A stretch of DNA of 34,341 nt, taken from Octopus bimaculoides. Lineage: Eukaryota. The translations under genes and the position numbers were made by a program. Shown here in pieces: positions 1 to 12,129 of the stretch (its first letter is position 1; the number at the start of each line of letters is the position of its first letter). The stretch is from NCBI RefSeq assembly GCF_001194135.2, contig NC_069005.1:12092810-12127150 (forward strand), written 5' to 3'. Under the pieces are notes generated by a model. The model was not told where the DNA came from, did not search any database, and was given only the letters and a program-made list of their open reading frames with translations.

Positions 1-768
1 ATATATATATATATATATATATATACACGTGGTCTGATCACTACTACTTCACTCCAAATTTTAGAAAGATCCGGAAAGATCAGGAAGTGAAGGTTTCCAG
101 CAATTTCAGAGTTGCCCTTGTTGTTATCTGATACTGATGAGAGTGTAAAGATTTCGAAATGCATATGTTAGTCCATTGTAGAATCTCTGAAAGGACTTTG
201 GTGTTTAGGACCCGTTGTCACATGATAAACCGCTGTGAAAATGGGTGAGTATGTGAAAAACACAGTTGGACTGATCTACAAGTTTCTTCACCTCTTTTAC
301 GTTTTTTATCAGTGCCAGAAGAATGAATGACAAACAAGAAAAATCAACGTCACTGCAAGTCATTTAATTCCATGCTCTACCGACAGCGCCAACAAGAAAT
401 TATGCGAGCAAGCAAAGAATATACAAAAATAGCTGACTAAAACAGCACCATTGCATAAAGTGCTATTTAGAGCATCTCATCTGCAGATCGATTTCAGAAA
501 TACACACGACTTGGCATGGTATGGGGATTTAAATCGATTTCGTCAACTTTCGTAGTTGGTTTCTAAGTGCAAGGGCGATATAATTTAAATTTGGTACAGT
601 TGGATTGAACCAAGAGAAGCGTTTAGGTCGAACTGACACCTGGGTCACTGCATTTAGGTCAACCCTGCATCTAATACAAAGAGGAATGCACTAGATGCTG
701 CTCCATTTAGATCGATTATCAGTTTGAGTCGACGTGGCTTCAAGTCTCTCTTAGTAACGTCCTCTCAC

Positions 769-771
<3 letters not shown>

Positions 772-842
<71 letters not shown>
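772..842. repeat. (CA)n microsatellite running into a gap
   Basis: Direct reading. Confidence 0.97.
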
Positions 843-2242
843 NNNNNNNNNNNNNNNNNNNNNNNNNNNNNNNNNNNNNNNNNNNNNNNNNNNNNNNNNN
901 NNNNNNNNNNNNNNNNNNNNNNNNNNNNNNNNNNNNNNNNNNNNNNNNNNNNNNNNNNNNNNNNNNNNNNNNNNNNNNNNNNNNNNNNNNNNNNNNNNNN
1001 NNNNNNNNNNNNNNNNNNNNNNNNNNNNNNNNNNNNNNNNNNNNNNNNNNNNNNNNNNNNNNNNNNNNNNNNNNNNNNNNNNNNNNNNNNNNNNNNNNNN
1101 NNNNNNNNNNNNNNNNNNNNNNNNNNNNNNNNNNNNNNNNNNNNNNNNNNNNNNNNNNNNNNNNNNNNNNNNNNNNNNNNNNNNNNNNNNNNNNNNNNNN
1201 NNNNNNNNNNNNNNNNNNNNNNNNNNNNNNNNNNNNNNNNNNNNNNNNNNNNNNNNNNNNNNNNNNNNNNNNNNNNNNNNNNNNNNNNNNNNNNNNNNNN
1301 NNNNNNNNNNNNNNNNNNNNNNNNNNNNNNNNNNNNNNNNNNNNNNNNNNNNNNNNNNNNNNNNNNNNNNNNNNNNNNNNNNNNNNNNNNNNNNNNNNNN
1401 NNNNNNNNNNNNNNNNNNNNNNNNNNNNNNNNNNNNNNNNNNNNNNNNNNNNNNNNNNNNNNNNNNNNNNNNNNNNNNNNNNNNNNNNNNNNNNNNNNNN
1501 NNNNNNNNNNNNNNNNNNNNNNNNNNNNNNNNNNNNNNNNNNNNNNNNNNNNNNNNNNNNNNNNNNNNNNNNNNNNNNNNNNNNNNNNNNNNNNNNNNNN
1601 NNNNNNNNNNNNNNNNNNNNNNNNNNNNNNNNNNNNNNNNNNNNNNNNNNNNNNNNNNNNNNNNNNNNNNNNNNNNNNNNNNNNNNNNNNNNNNNNNNNN
1701 NTACGCATAAACAAAACAAATAACACATACATAAAAGAAAACATACACATCTGCACACATACATACACAGATGCATACATACGTACATACGCGTACATAC
1801 ACACACACATACACACATACATACATACATACATACACACATACATACATACATTTCCAAAAATTTAGCACATGAATACATATGCATGCATCTAGACATA
1901 AAAACGCATCCATAAAACAAACATACAAATCTGCGCATACACTAACACCAAATACTGCACACACACACACATGCACAAATACTTAGATGATGTTGATAAA
2001 AGTTCCAATGAAGGAGCCTTGCATCTATGTTAGAGTCCGGCTCTTTCTCTATGGACAAGAAATCCAGAAATGAAACTGATTGATAACATACTTACATACA
2101 TACACACATGCATACATACATACATACATACACAATAACGAAATACCCTATTGATGTAGAAATTTCAATGAAGGCTTCGATCTAGATTAGAAACCGGCTC
2201 TTTCTCTGTTGACAAGAAATGTAGAAATAAAACTGAATAATG

Positions 2243-2243
<1 letters not shown>

Positions 2244-2301
<58 letters not shown>

Positions 2302-2330
2302 TACATACATACATACATACATACATACAT
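2244..2330. repeat. Compound (CA)n(TACA)n microsatellite
   Basis: Direct reading. Confidence 0.95.
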
Positions 2331-3442
2331 ACGCGTATACGTAACCTAGCGACTCTGGAAAGAGACCGACGAAAATAAGTAGCAGACACAAAACGTTGTG
2401 GGTTGGATCTGTTTAATAAACATTACCTCAAGGAGATGCTCCCGCATCATCGAAGTTTAATGACTGAAATATGTAAGAGATAATGTGTGTGTGTGCGTGT
2501 GTGCATGTGTGTGTGTGTCTATCTGTCTGCGTGTGTATTTGTATGCGTGTATGTGCATATATTCATATACACACAAATATGTATAAGCATATATGTATAT
2601 ATATATATATATATAAAGTAGTTGTATACTGTCAACTTAGCGTGACAGTCCCAAATAGGGAATCACCCTGCTACTATTTAGCCCTAGGAAGCTGTACCAC
2701 TTCTTGTCGGCCTTGACACATTTGCTGTGTCCTTATGTTTACGAGGAGGAGACAAGCACCTCCACCCAGCCAAGCCTGCATCCAGGGACATGTTTCTGAG
2801 TTTTTGCTCATATAAATATATATATATATATATATACACATCCATATATAGATAAATATATATATCTTTGTTGTATTTAGTTTGCAAGATCCTTTATGTG
2901 AGGTCGTGTGTTGAAGCATATTCTTTTNNNNNNNNNNNNNNNNNNNNNNNNNNNNNNNNNNNNNNNNNNNNNNNNNNNNNNNNNNNNNNNNNNNNNNNNN
3001 NNNNNNNNNNNNNNNNNNNNNNNNNNNNNNNNNNNNNNNNNNNNNNNNNNNNNNNNNNNNNNNNNNNNNNNNNNNNNNNNNNNNNNNNNNNNNNNNNNNN
3101 NNNNNNNNNNNNNNNNNNNNNNNNNNNNNNNNNNNNNNNNNNNNNNNNNNNNNNNNNNNNNNNNNNNNNNNNNNNNNNNNNNNNNNNNNNNNNNNNNNNN
3201 NNNNNNNNNNNNNNNNNNNNNNNNNNNNNNNNNNNNNNNNNNNNNNNNNNNNNNNNNNNNNNNNNNNNNNNNNNNNNNNNNNNNNNNNNNNNNNNNNNNN
3301 NNNNNNNNNNNNNNNNNNNNNNTATATATATATATATATATAGTTGTGACAGTAACTTCGAAGAGTCAACCGATGAAGGCGAGCAGTATAACTTGACATA
3401 AAAACAAAGAATGGATGTGTTCGAAGTACATTTAGATTTGAT

Positions 3443-3988
3443 CTCTTACTTCTTTCAGTCATTTGACTGCGGCTATGCTGGAGCAGCGCCTTGAAGAACT
3501 TTAGTCGTGCCGACCCTAACACTACAGGGACCTAAACACATCAATAGCAGTTGAGAAGTAGTGGTGGGGTACAAATACACACACACATACACACGCACGT
3601 ATATGTATATATATATATATATATATATAATACAAATAATATATGAGTATATGCATATATATGTACATGTATGTACATACCTTCATCTACATGTATATAT
3701 AGATGCATATCTGGCTACATGACATTGCAAAAAACATGGACAAAATGATAAACAAGGTACAGAAAACACACAGGTCACATATAGAACATTTCGTTCTCCA
3801 GCTGCCACCATTATAACACTGGCGTTTCGAAGAGTTAGGGCAGGACACATCGTTGCAATGGCTCTTGCCACGGACACAAACTAAATTTGTTCCATGCAGG
3901 AATGTAGTGGCGGACAGAAAACAAGACAGGAAATCGAAACAGTGAAATAAACAAACAAAGAAGGCTATACGGCCAGACGTGAAAAAGT

Positions 3989-4055
<67 letters not shown>

Positions 4056-4232
4056 CATATATATACGGCGGGCTTCTTTCAGTCCCCGTCTACAAGATCT
4101 ACTCACAATACTTTGGTTTGGCCGAGGCTATATTAGAGGACATTTGCCCAAGGTAACATGATGTGGGACAGAACTCGGAACCACGTGGTTGGGAATCAAA
4201 CTTCTTACCACACTGTAACATCTGCGTCTATT
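3443..4232 (-). mobile_element. Group C (CORE-like) SINE split by an expanded internal microsatellite region
   Basis: 3' module (tttcagtcatttgactgcggctatgctggagca) at 3443-3590 and tRNA/CORE-like head (gcccaaggt..gtgggacagaactcggaaccacgtgg..cttcttaccacac) at 4066-4232, same order as the 10.3-10.7 kb copy. Confidence 0.65.
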
Positions 4233-4576
4233 TCCACACGTTTTTAATCTGAGGAACCAGATGAACGCATATCGTGACAAGAAACAAAGAAGGGCAGCAA
4301 CGTCCAAATCGCTGCTTTATCAAAAACGGTTCCGAAGAGATACCAGGGAAGTGGGTGTGAAATGAAAACCATACTTAAAACAGGGTTGCTTCAGCATGGC
4401 CACGGACTCTGGTTGAAGCCAGCACAAGTTTACACAAATATACATATGTATATGTATGTGTGTGTGCGAGTACGTGCCTATGAGTGTATGTGCTTATATG
4501 TATGTATATGTAGACAAACATACGTATGCACACACACATACACACATATTTATATTATATGTGTGTGTGTGTGTGT

Positions 4577-4614
<38 letters not shown>

Positions 4615-4861
4615 GCGCGATGNNNNNNNNNNNNNNNNNNNNNNNNNNNNNNNNNNNNNNNNNNNNNNNNNNNNNNNNNNNNNNNNNNNNNNNNNNNNNN
4701 NNNNNNNNNNNNNNNNNNNNNNNNNNNNNNNNNNNNNNNNNNNNNNNNNNNNNNNNNNNNNNNNNNNNNNNNNNNNNNNNNNNNNNNNNNNNNNNNNNNN
4801 NNNNNNNNNNNNNNNNNNNNNNNNNNNNNNNATGCACACACACATACACACATATTTATAT

Positions 4862-4917
<56 letters not shown>

Positions 4918-4918
<1 letters not shown>

Positions 4919-5220
4919 GCGCGATGGCTCAACGGTTAGGGAAGCGGACTTGCGGTCGGAGGATCGAGGTTTCGATTCCCAGACCGGGTGTTGTGTGTAT
5001 TTATTGAGCGAAAATACCTAAAGCTCCACGAGGCTCCGGCAGGGGGTGGTGACGATCCCTGTTATACTATTTCACCCCCAACTATCTCTCACTCTTTCTT
5101 CCTGTTTCTTGAGTAACGCTGCGATGGACTGCCGTCCCGTCCAACTGGGGGGAACACATACGCCATAGAAACAGGGAAACCGGGCCAATGAGCCTGGCTA
5201 GGCTTTAAAAAGGGCGCATA
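4918..5220 (+). mobile_element. tRNA-derived SINE, full length, with V-domain-like central block (group D)
   Basis: A box TGGCTCAACGG (4925-4935) and B box GTTTCGATTCC (4969-4979). Block gctgcgatggactgccgtcccgtcca (5118-5143) resembles the V-SINE domain as recalled. Homologous copies at 9.6-9.9, 11.2-11.5 and 27.9-28.3 kb. Confidence 0.8.
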
Positions 5221-5273
5221 ATTAAGATAATATACATATATACATATACTGATAGATAGATGGATATATAGGC

Positions 5274-5306
<33 letters not shown>

Positions 5307-5884
5307 CATTGGTGTTTGTTTTCATGTGGATTTAATAGATAATAAAAGAACAATTTTACATTAAACTGAAGAATTGATCAATACTTTAATAGATTACACA
5401 TTTATTGCATTGCTACAAGTGTCATTTGTTAGTGACCTCGAAGTTTCAGGTGGCCAGCTTTCACTACACGTAAAACACACGCCCCCACACACACACACAT
5501 ACATATATTCATAATAAACACACATAGTTATCGTCCCTTGGCTCAAACAATAACACACATACCCCCATCATCCTACACCACCTCGCTCCACTTCCCACCC
5601 TCAGCCCCCACTGTCACCCCCCCATCCTAATCATTGCTAGTAAATAATTGTTAAAAACGTCATCTTTGTCTGTAATTCCTTCCCGTCATTCATTGGCACA
5701 CACGGGTGCCCTCATCTCCGTCATCCCCATCTACTCGCGTTCAACTCATCATTCCACTTGCGTTTATTTCGCTACGTTTTTTTTGTTTTTGTTTTTGTTT
5801 TTGTTTTTCATTTATTTCCATCAGACAAAGAATTATGAAGGAAACATTTCACACTGTAAAGCATCGCTACTTACATTTCGCACT

Positions 5885-6347
5885 CGTTCGTTCCTTCCTT
5901 CGTTCCTTCCTTCCTTGCTTCCTACATTTACATTAATTCTTCTTTCATTTTAAAATTTCTACTTATGTTTTCCTCCCTTCTTTCCTTCTTTCTTTCTTTC
6001 TTTCATTCTTTCTTTCTCTTTCTTTCTTTCTTTCATTCTTTCTTTTTACTTTCAATTTATTGAATTTTATTTTTCGTAAACTTTTGTTTATTTATAAAGT
6101 TTTTCTAATAAATATATGTGTGTTCGTGTTTGTGTGTGTGCGTGTGGATATATATGCATATATATATATATATAAACCCGCACATAAACACACACACATA
6201 CACACACAAACCCATATACATTAGAATCCATACACACACGCACATATACAATATGGATTTCTAGCTTACTTCCAGTAACGTTCGTCTTTTCTTTCGGTAT
6301 TCTCTCTCTCCTCTCTCTCTTTCTGCATTCTCTTTCGTCTCCTATAT

Positions 6348-6400
<53 letters not shown>

Positions 6401-6480
6401 CCCTGTTATTCCTTTCTACGTTTCTCCCTTCTCCCTTCTCTCTCTCGTATTCTGTTTTTCTCGTTTCCTTCAATCAAACA
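5885..6480. repeat. Polypyrimidine low-complexity region: (TTCC)n, (TTTC)n, (CT)n with a CA/TA-rich insert
   Basis: Direct reading; pure (CT)n at about 6349-6396. Confidence 0.9.
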
Positions 6481-7189
6481 TTACTCTAATAATACACCAG
6501 ACACCCGTTCATCTTCCCACATTTATTTAATCTCTTATCAAATTCGTCTTCAAACAACGACAGGGAAGAGTCACCGGACGAGAATCGAAACACAACAATC
6601 CAAGTACAACAGCTACAACTACTACTGCTATTACTATTACTACTACTACTACGACTACTCACAGTACTATTTACACTAGCACTTGTTGCTGTAGCAGTGG
6701 CAGTGTCCGCCTATTTTCGAAAGATGTCTCCGCCCAGTATTTCTGTTTTGTAGGAGTGTTGGTCGTGGTTGTAGTGGCAGTAGTGGTGGTTCTGAAATAA
6801 TCAATTCTTGATTTTTTCTCCATCAACTCTGAAAACTTCAGTCATTTTCTAATACTTGCCTCTAGCAACATTAACAGCAACGTCGGAAAGACGTAGTTAC
6901 ACGACCTTGTCCAGCCAACGAGGAAAGGCTTTTTTTGTGGCACTATATCTGTTAGAAATAACAACCAAACACCTCCATCAAATCACACCCTTTAGCAGTG
7001 ACGTCACTCGGGTAACTTACGCTGTCACCACCCCTTCCATTACATAAAGACCTCCTCCCGTATGGAACCGTACGAAGTACTTAGTAGCATTGTTTCCTCT
7101 TAATGTAACACGTAAACTGTAATACTTGTATATAAATGAATGTAACGGGAAAAGCAACGGCGTAAAACAACTAACAATATTTAAAATTC

Positions 7190-7815
7190 CGTAAGGCGGT
7201 AAGCTGGCAGAATTGTTAGCACACCGGCTGAAATACTTAGCGGCATTTCGTCCGTCTTAATGTTAGGGGTTCGAATTTGACTTTGCCTTTCATCTTTTTG
7301 GTGTCAATCAAATAAGTACCAGTTGAACACTGGGATCGATATAATCGACTTAACCCCCACCTCCGAAGTTACTGGCCTTGTGTCAAAATTTGAAATCAAT
7401 ACTTAAAATTTCCATGAGATGGCGAGCTGGCAAAATCATTTACACGCCGGGTGAAATGCCTCTGGCTTTAAGTTCTAAGATCCAATTTCGCCGCGGTTGA
7501 TTGTGAGTTTCATCCTTCCTGGATCGATAAAATAAGTACCAGGTGAGCACGGTGAACGATGTAACAGACTTACTTATTTCCCGGAATTACTGGCCTTGTG
7601 CCAAAATTTAAAACCAATATTTAAAACTTCGTAAGGAACTGAGCTGGCAGAATCGGCCATCTTAACGGTTTAAGTTCAAATTCCGCCGAGGTCGACTTTG
7701 TCTTTCATCCTTTTCGAGGTCGATAAAATAAGTAGCGGTTGAGCACTTGAGTTTGTGAAATCAACTTAGACCCTCTCCGGAACTTGCTGGCCTTGTGCCG
7801 AAATTTGAGATCAAT
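7190..7815 (+). mobile_element. Three head-to-tail copies of tRNA-SINE group A (about 210-bp unit)
   Basis: Each unit has agctggcagaat..., core tttcatcctt..ggtcgataaaataagtacc and tail ggccttgtgccaaaatttgaaaccaat. Units start near 7190, 7415 and 7634. Confidence 0.85.
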
Positions 7816-7836
7816 ATTTAAAATACTGTGGCCAAC

Positions 7837-8025
7837 TTTGCCTTTCATCCTTTTAGGATCAATTTTGCCTTTTATCGTTTTGGGGTCAATTTTGCCCTTT
7901 ATCCTTTTAGGGTCAATTTTGCCTTTCATCCTTTTGAACTCAATTTTGCCGTTCATCCTTTTGGGGTCAATTTTTCCCTTTATTCTTTTAGGGTCAATTT
8001 TGCCTTTCATCCTTTTGGGGTCATA
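7837..8025. repeat. 27-bp minisatellite, 7 copies, derived from the group A SINE core
   Basis: Consensus tttgcctttcatccttttggggtcaat; units start at 7837, 7864, 7891, 7918, 7945, 7972 and 7999. Confidence 0.95.
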
Positions 8026-8667
8026 CACGCAAAGTCCAAATATATTCATATTTACTTAGGTCTACGTCATAAAGCTGGATGCCTAGTTCGAACGCAAGTC
8101 GATTTCTCTCCCTCACATAGTCCAACTATATTCATATTTACTTAGGTCTGTCATAAAGGCTGAACACGCAGTTCAAACACGGAGCAGCAAAAAAAAAAAA
8201 AAGTCACGAGATTTGTTTTCGTTATTTGATGCGCATTCTGCCACACATAAAGCAGGCACTGACGGTATCTTTAGGTAGCTATGTTTTTACCATTTTTCTT
8301 CTGCAATATCTTATGATATTGAGCAGTACACATTGTGTATGTAACAGAAATGATGAATTTACACGTAATACTTTTATTACCACACGCTTTACGAGAATAT
8401 TCCGAATAAAATTTCATCAGTTATAAGTGTGTGGATAACTAGATTGCTTCACAGCCAAAATCCAAGCTTTTTGCATTTTCAGTCACACTGCGTGGAACAT
8501 TGGCAAATGACTTCTAGTATAGTTCAGGCCGACCAATGTCTTCAGAATAAATTTAGTAGCCACTGTGCTGAATCCTTTCGTGTGTGAGTGTATGTGCGTT
8601 TGTGTGTGTGTGTGTATGTGTACGTACGTACGTACACATGGTGTGTGTGTGCGTGTTTGTGTACACG

Positions 8668-8835
8668 TGGAAGCTTGAGCAAGTGTCTTCTACTATAGCC
8701 TCGGGCCAACCAAAGCTTTCTCACTAGATTTGGTACAAGGAAACCGAAACCCATCCTATATATACATATGTGTGTATACTTGAATATGTGTGTGTATTTG
8801 TCTTCCACTACCTCTTGACAACTGGTGTACGTATG
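8668..8835 (+). mobile_element. Group C SINE fragment (CORE-like block, microsatellite, start of 3' module)
   Basis: ttgagcaagtgtcttctactatagcctcgggccaaccaaagc then (TA/TG)n then cttgacaactggtg. A second decayed head fragment lies at about 8505-8580. Confidence 0.65.
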
Positions 8836-8962
8836 TTTACATCCTCACACCTTAGGCCCGTGAATGTCGTGATGCGAAACCATTGGTCACTCTATGACCG
8901 AATATAGTCTGAAATACTTATAAATAGATTACTGCTCTATGCTTTAGAATGAGCTTCTATTT

Positions 8963-9012
<50 letters not shown>

Positions 9013-9567
9013 GTACGAATAAAATGCAGAAAACATGTATCATATTTTATACTTTTAAAGTAGGATTACATAATTTCTTGTTGAAACAATGCCGTAATCG
9101 TGTTAACTGAAGTGATTGCATTATATAACCGGCTACAATCAAAATGTAGTGATGTTGTGCATGCGTGCACGCGTGCGTGTGTGTAGTATTACTAACAAGC
9201 GGAACACGCATTTCGGCAAATTACTGCCAGGATTGTTTGTTGAAGTGTTATGTAATTTTGTTAATATACCCTTTCAGTATAATACAAAATAATACAAATG
9301 ATGTTAAATGGTCAGAATATATTCTCGTAATGCAAATTATCAAAAAATATCAGTGGCAACATGCAATAGGAGATATACAAGGAGATATAAAAATCTGAAT
9401 GATCGTTGGATGGAAAGATTCTAAACATGCAAATATACAAATCAAACGAAGAATACAATGATATACAGAAACAAACGAGTAATATAGAAAAAGTACAAAA
9501 GGTGGTAATAAAACCTTAGTAAAAAGAAAGAAAATAACAACTACCACAAATGTCCACACAGAAAATC

Positions 9568-9935
9568 GTGGCACTCCATCGGGTACGACGACGAGGGTTT
9601 CAGCTGATCCGATCAACGGAACAGCTTGCTTGTAAAATTAACGTGCAAGTGGCTGAGCACTCCACAGACATGTGTGCCCTTAACGTAGTTCTCGAGGGTA
9701 TTCACCATGACACGGAGTAATACAAGGCTGGCCCTTTGAAATACAGGTATGACGAAACTGGAAGAGTGAAAGTTGTGGTGAAATATTACAGCAGGGTTCG
9801 ACATCACCCCCTGCCGGAGCCTCGTGGAGCTTTAGGTGTTTTCGGTCAATAAATAACCACAACACCTGGTGTGGGAATCGAAACTGCGAGCGTACCACCG
9901 CGAGTCCGCTGCCCTAACCACTGAGCCATTGCGCC
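9568..9935 (-). mobile_element. tRNA-derived SINE with group D head but a different 3' module
   Basis: 9935-9760 matches 4918-5102 in reverse complement (e.g. cctaaagctccacgaggctccggcagggggtg is identical). The 3' part (aactacgttaagggcacacatgtctgtggagtgctcagccacttgcacg...) has no similarity to 5103-5220. Confidence 0.8.
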
Positions 9936-10329
9936 TCCGGAAAATATACGACAAAATTGAATGCCTGAATGAAAGCATTGGAAAAAGATCTAAAGTTTAG
10001 GATCATACTACACTTCATGGAACCTAAGTAAAAGAGGGAAGAGAAAAAGTAGAAATAATTCCAGATTTACAACACCTGGTTACACTACAGAGCTGGTGTA
10101 TTGTATATATANNNNNNNNNNNNNNNNNNNNNNNNNNNNNNNNNNNNNNNNNNNNNNNNNNNNNNNNNNNNNNNNNNNNNNNNNNNNNNNNNNNNATATA
10201 TATATATTTATTTATTTATTTATGCGTGTGTGTATGCTTACGTAGTGTGGATGTATATAGTAATTCTATAAGCATGTATGGCTAGGTATACGAATGCACT
10301 CACAAATACATATATGTTTATGCCTGTTA

Positions 10330-10697
10330 GCATATATTCTTTTATTTGTTTCAGTCATTTGACTGCGGCTATGCTGGAGCACCGCCTTTAGTTGAACAAA
10401 TCGCCCCAGTATTTATTTTTTCAAGCATGGCACTTATATAATAATTGGCTTCCTTTGACGAACCGTTGATATATATATATATATATACAAGAAAGGTTGA
10501 GTTCAATTAGAACAGTTTTACTTTGGGGGATATGACGAGCTTCTTCCAGCCTCCGTTTGCCAAATACATTTACAAGAAATTCATCAAACCATGACTAGAG
10601 TAGAAGACACTTGGCCAAGGTGTCACGTAGTGGGATAGAATCTGGAGATATGTAACTGAGAAGGAAACACCTTACGACATAGTCACAGCTGCGCCTG
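10330..10697 (-). mobile_element. Group C SINE, near full length, internal (TA)n
   Basis: 3' module 10330-10467, (TA)n 10468-10487, head 10533-10697 (gtagaagacacttggccaaggtgtcacgtagtggg). Confidence 0.75.
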
Positions 10698-10811
10698 AAC
10701 AGTAAGCCTCTCTGAAGTACAGAACAGTGCTCTTACATTTTAGAATGATCACATGATCTCTTTTGCTCTTGTGCCATCCGTCTCTCTATTTTACCAAGAT
10801 ATATATATATA

Positions 10812-11035
10812 TATATTCTTTTATTCTTCTATTTGTTTCAGTCGTTTGACGGCGGCGATGCTGGTGTACCGTCTTTAGTCGAACAAATCGACCCCAGGAC
10901 GTATTCTTTGTAAACCTAGTATTTATCTTATCAGTATCTTTTGCCGAACCGCTATGTTACTGGGGCGTAGACGCACCAACATCGGTTGTCAAGCGACGGT
11001 GCGGGGACAAACAGACACCACAAACATATGTGTGT

Positions 11036-11040
<5 letters not shown>
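10812..11040 (-). mobile_element. Group C SINE 3' module ending at (TA)n and a gap
   Basis: Reverse complement is closely similar to 28895-29115. Confidence 0.82.
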
Positions 11041-11068
<28 letters not shown>

Positions 11069-11224
11069 NNNNNNNNNNNNNNNNNNNNNNNNNNNNNNNN
11101 NNNNNNNNNNNNNNNNNNNNNNNNTATATATATTAGCTAATTCGATGGAAGCAGTGATGGAGATGTGGCGCAAAACGCTGGATCACTATAAATAAATCAT
11201 TTGTACCGGTCTTTCGGCAATTTT

Positions 11225-11486
11225 TGTTGTTATTTGTTCCTTCTCGAGCCATGCCTAGCTCATAAGGACAGGTTTCCCGGTTTCATTGGTATATAGGTTC
11301 CCCACCTGGACGGGATGCCCGTCCGTCGTAGGTGAGCTGCAGGATGCAGGGGGAAAGAGTGAGAGAAAGTTGTGGCGAAAGAGTCAGCCGAAATTCAACA
11401 TTACCTTCTGCATCGCCCGGTCTGAAATTCGAAGCTGCGATCCCTCGACCGCGAGTCCGCTGCTCTAACCACTAGGCCATGTGCCT
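11225..11486 (-). mobile_element. Group D SINE with internal deletion
   Basis: Reverse complement has head ggcacatggcctagtggttagagcagcggactcgcggtcg, V-like block gacggacgggcatcccgtccaggtgggg and tail gaaaccgggaaacc, as in 4918-5220. Confidence 0.78.
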
Positions 11487-12129
11487 CTGTACTTCGACAA
11501 TCGCTGAACTCTTATACGTCGTCTTCGATTGGAGAGTTCATCATATATAGACAAGTGCGTGTGGGTGGGTGTGCGTGTGCGTGCGTGCGTGCATGAGTGT
11601 GTGTGTGTGTGTGTGTGTTGTTTTGTATTTCTGTGTGTTTGAGTCTGTGCTTGTTTGCATGTTTTAGAAAAAGGTGTAAATAAATAACTATATTGAAAAT
11701 GAGATGAATTCTTGTTTACTAACGAAGCTAAAACAACGTGAAATATTCTTTAATGCTTTATTTTACCATTCCCACATTCTTTCTTCATTGTCACTGACTA
11801 GCTTTTCAAAACATGTAATATACTATTCAGGGACGTGTGAAGGATGTGCAGCTGATGTCGGAAAACCCAAGAGACAGCCCCAAGCACTTTAAGAAGGAAC
11901 AGGTTTTCTAACACTTCAGACGTGACAAAATTTTGCACCAAGATTCCAGGGCAGTTACTCCGTTTGAAATCTCCATTGGAAATGATGGCTCATTTGATAA
12001 GAAATACACATCGTACTTATAGTTTGGCGTGTTGATGAAAAAAAAAAACGTTTCTCTATATGCCATTTTGCCGTTGTTCTATTTTTGACTTCTCTTGTGA
12101 TTGTAGCTTTATTTACGCATTGCAAATAC

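Noticed and set aside
185-215. KDFGV resembling the CR1/L2 KDLGV motif
   Set aside because: Five residues only, immediately followed by a stop, with no supporting flanking motifs.
724-1976. Long ORFs of 330-400 aa and similar X-rich ORFs at every gap
   Set aside because: They are N runs plus CA/TG microsatellite translations and carry no coding information.
4918-4990. tRNA gene (also 9860-9935 and 11420-11486)
   Set aside because: A and B boxes are present, but I see no complete acceptor stem, and the sequence continues into SINE bodies shared among copies.
7837-8025. CRISPR-like repeat array
   Set aside because: Units are contiguous with no unique spacers, there are no cas genes, and the context is eukaryotic.
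7705-8145. 114-aa ORF with KRMKGKIDP repeats and the opposite-strand ORFs
   Set aside because: Produced by the 27-bp SINE-core minisatellite, whose length is a multiple of three; no independent coding evidence.
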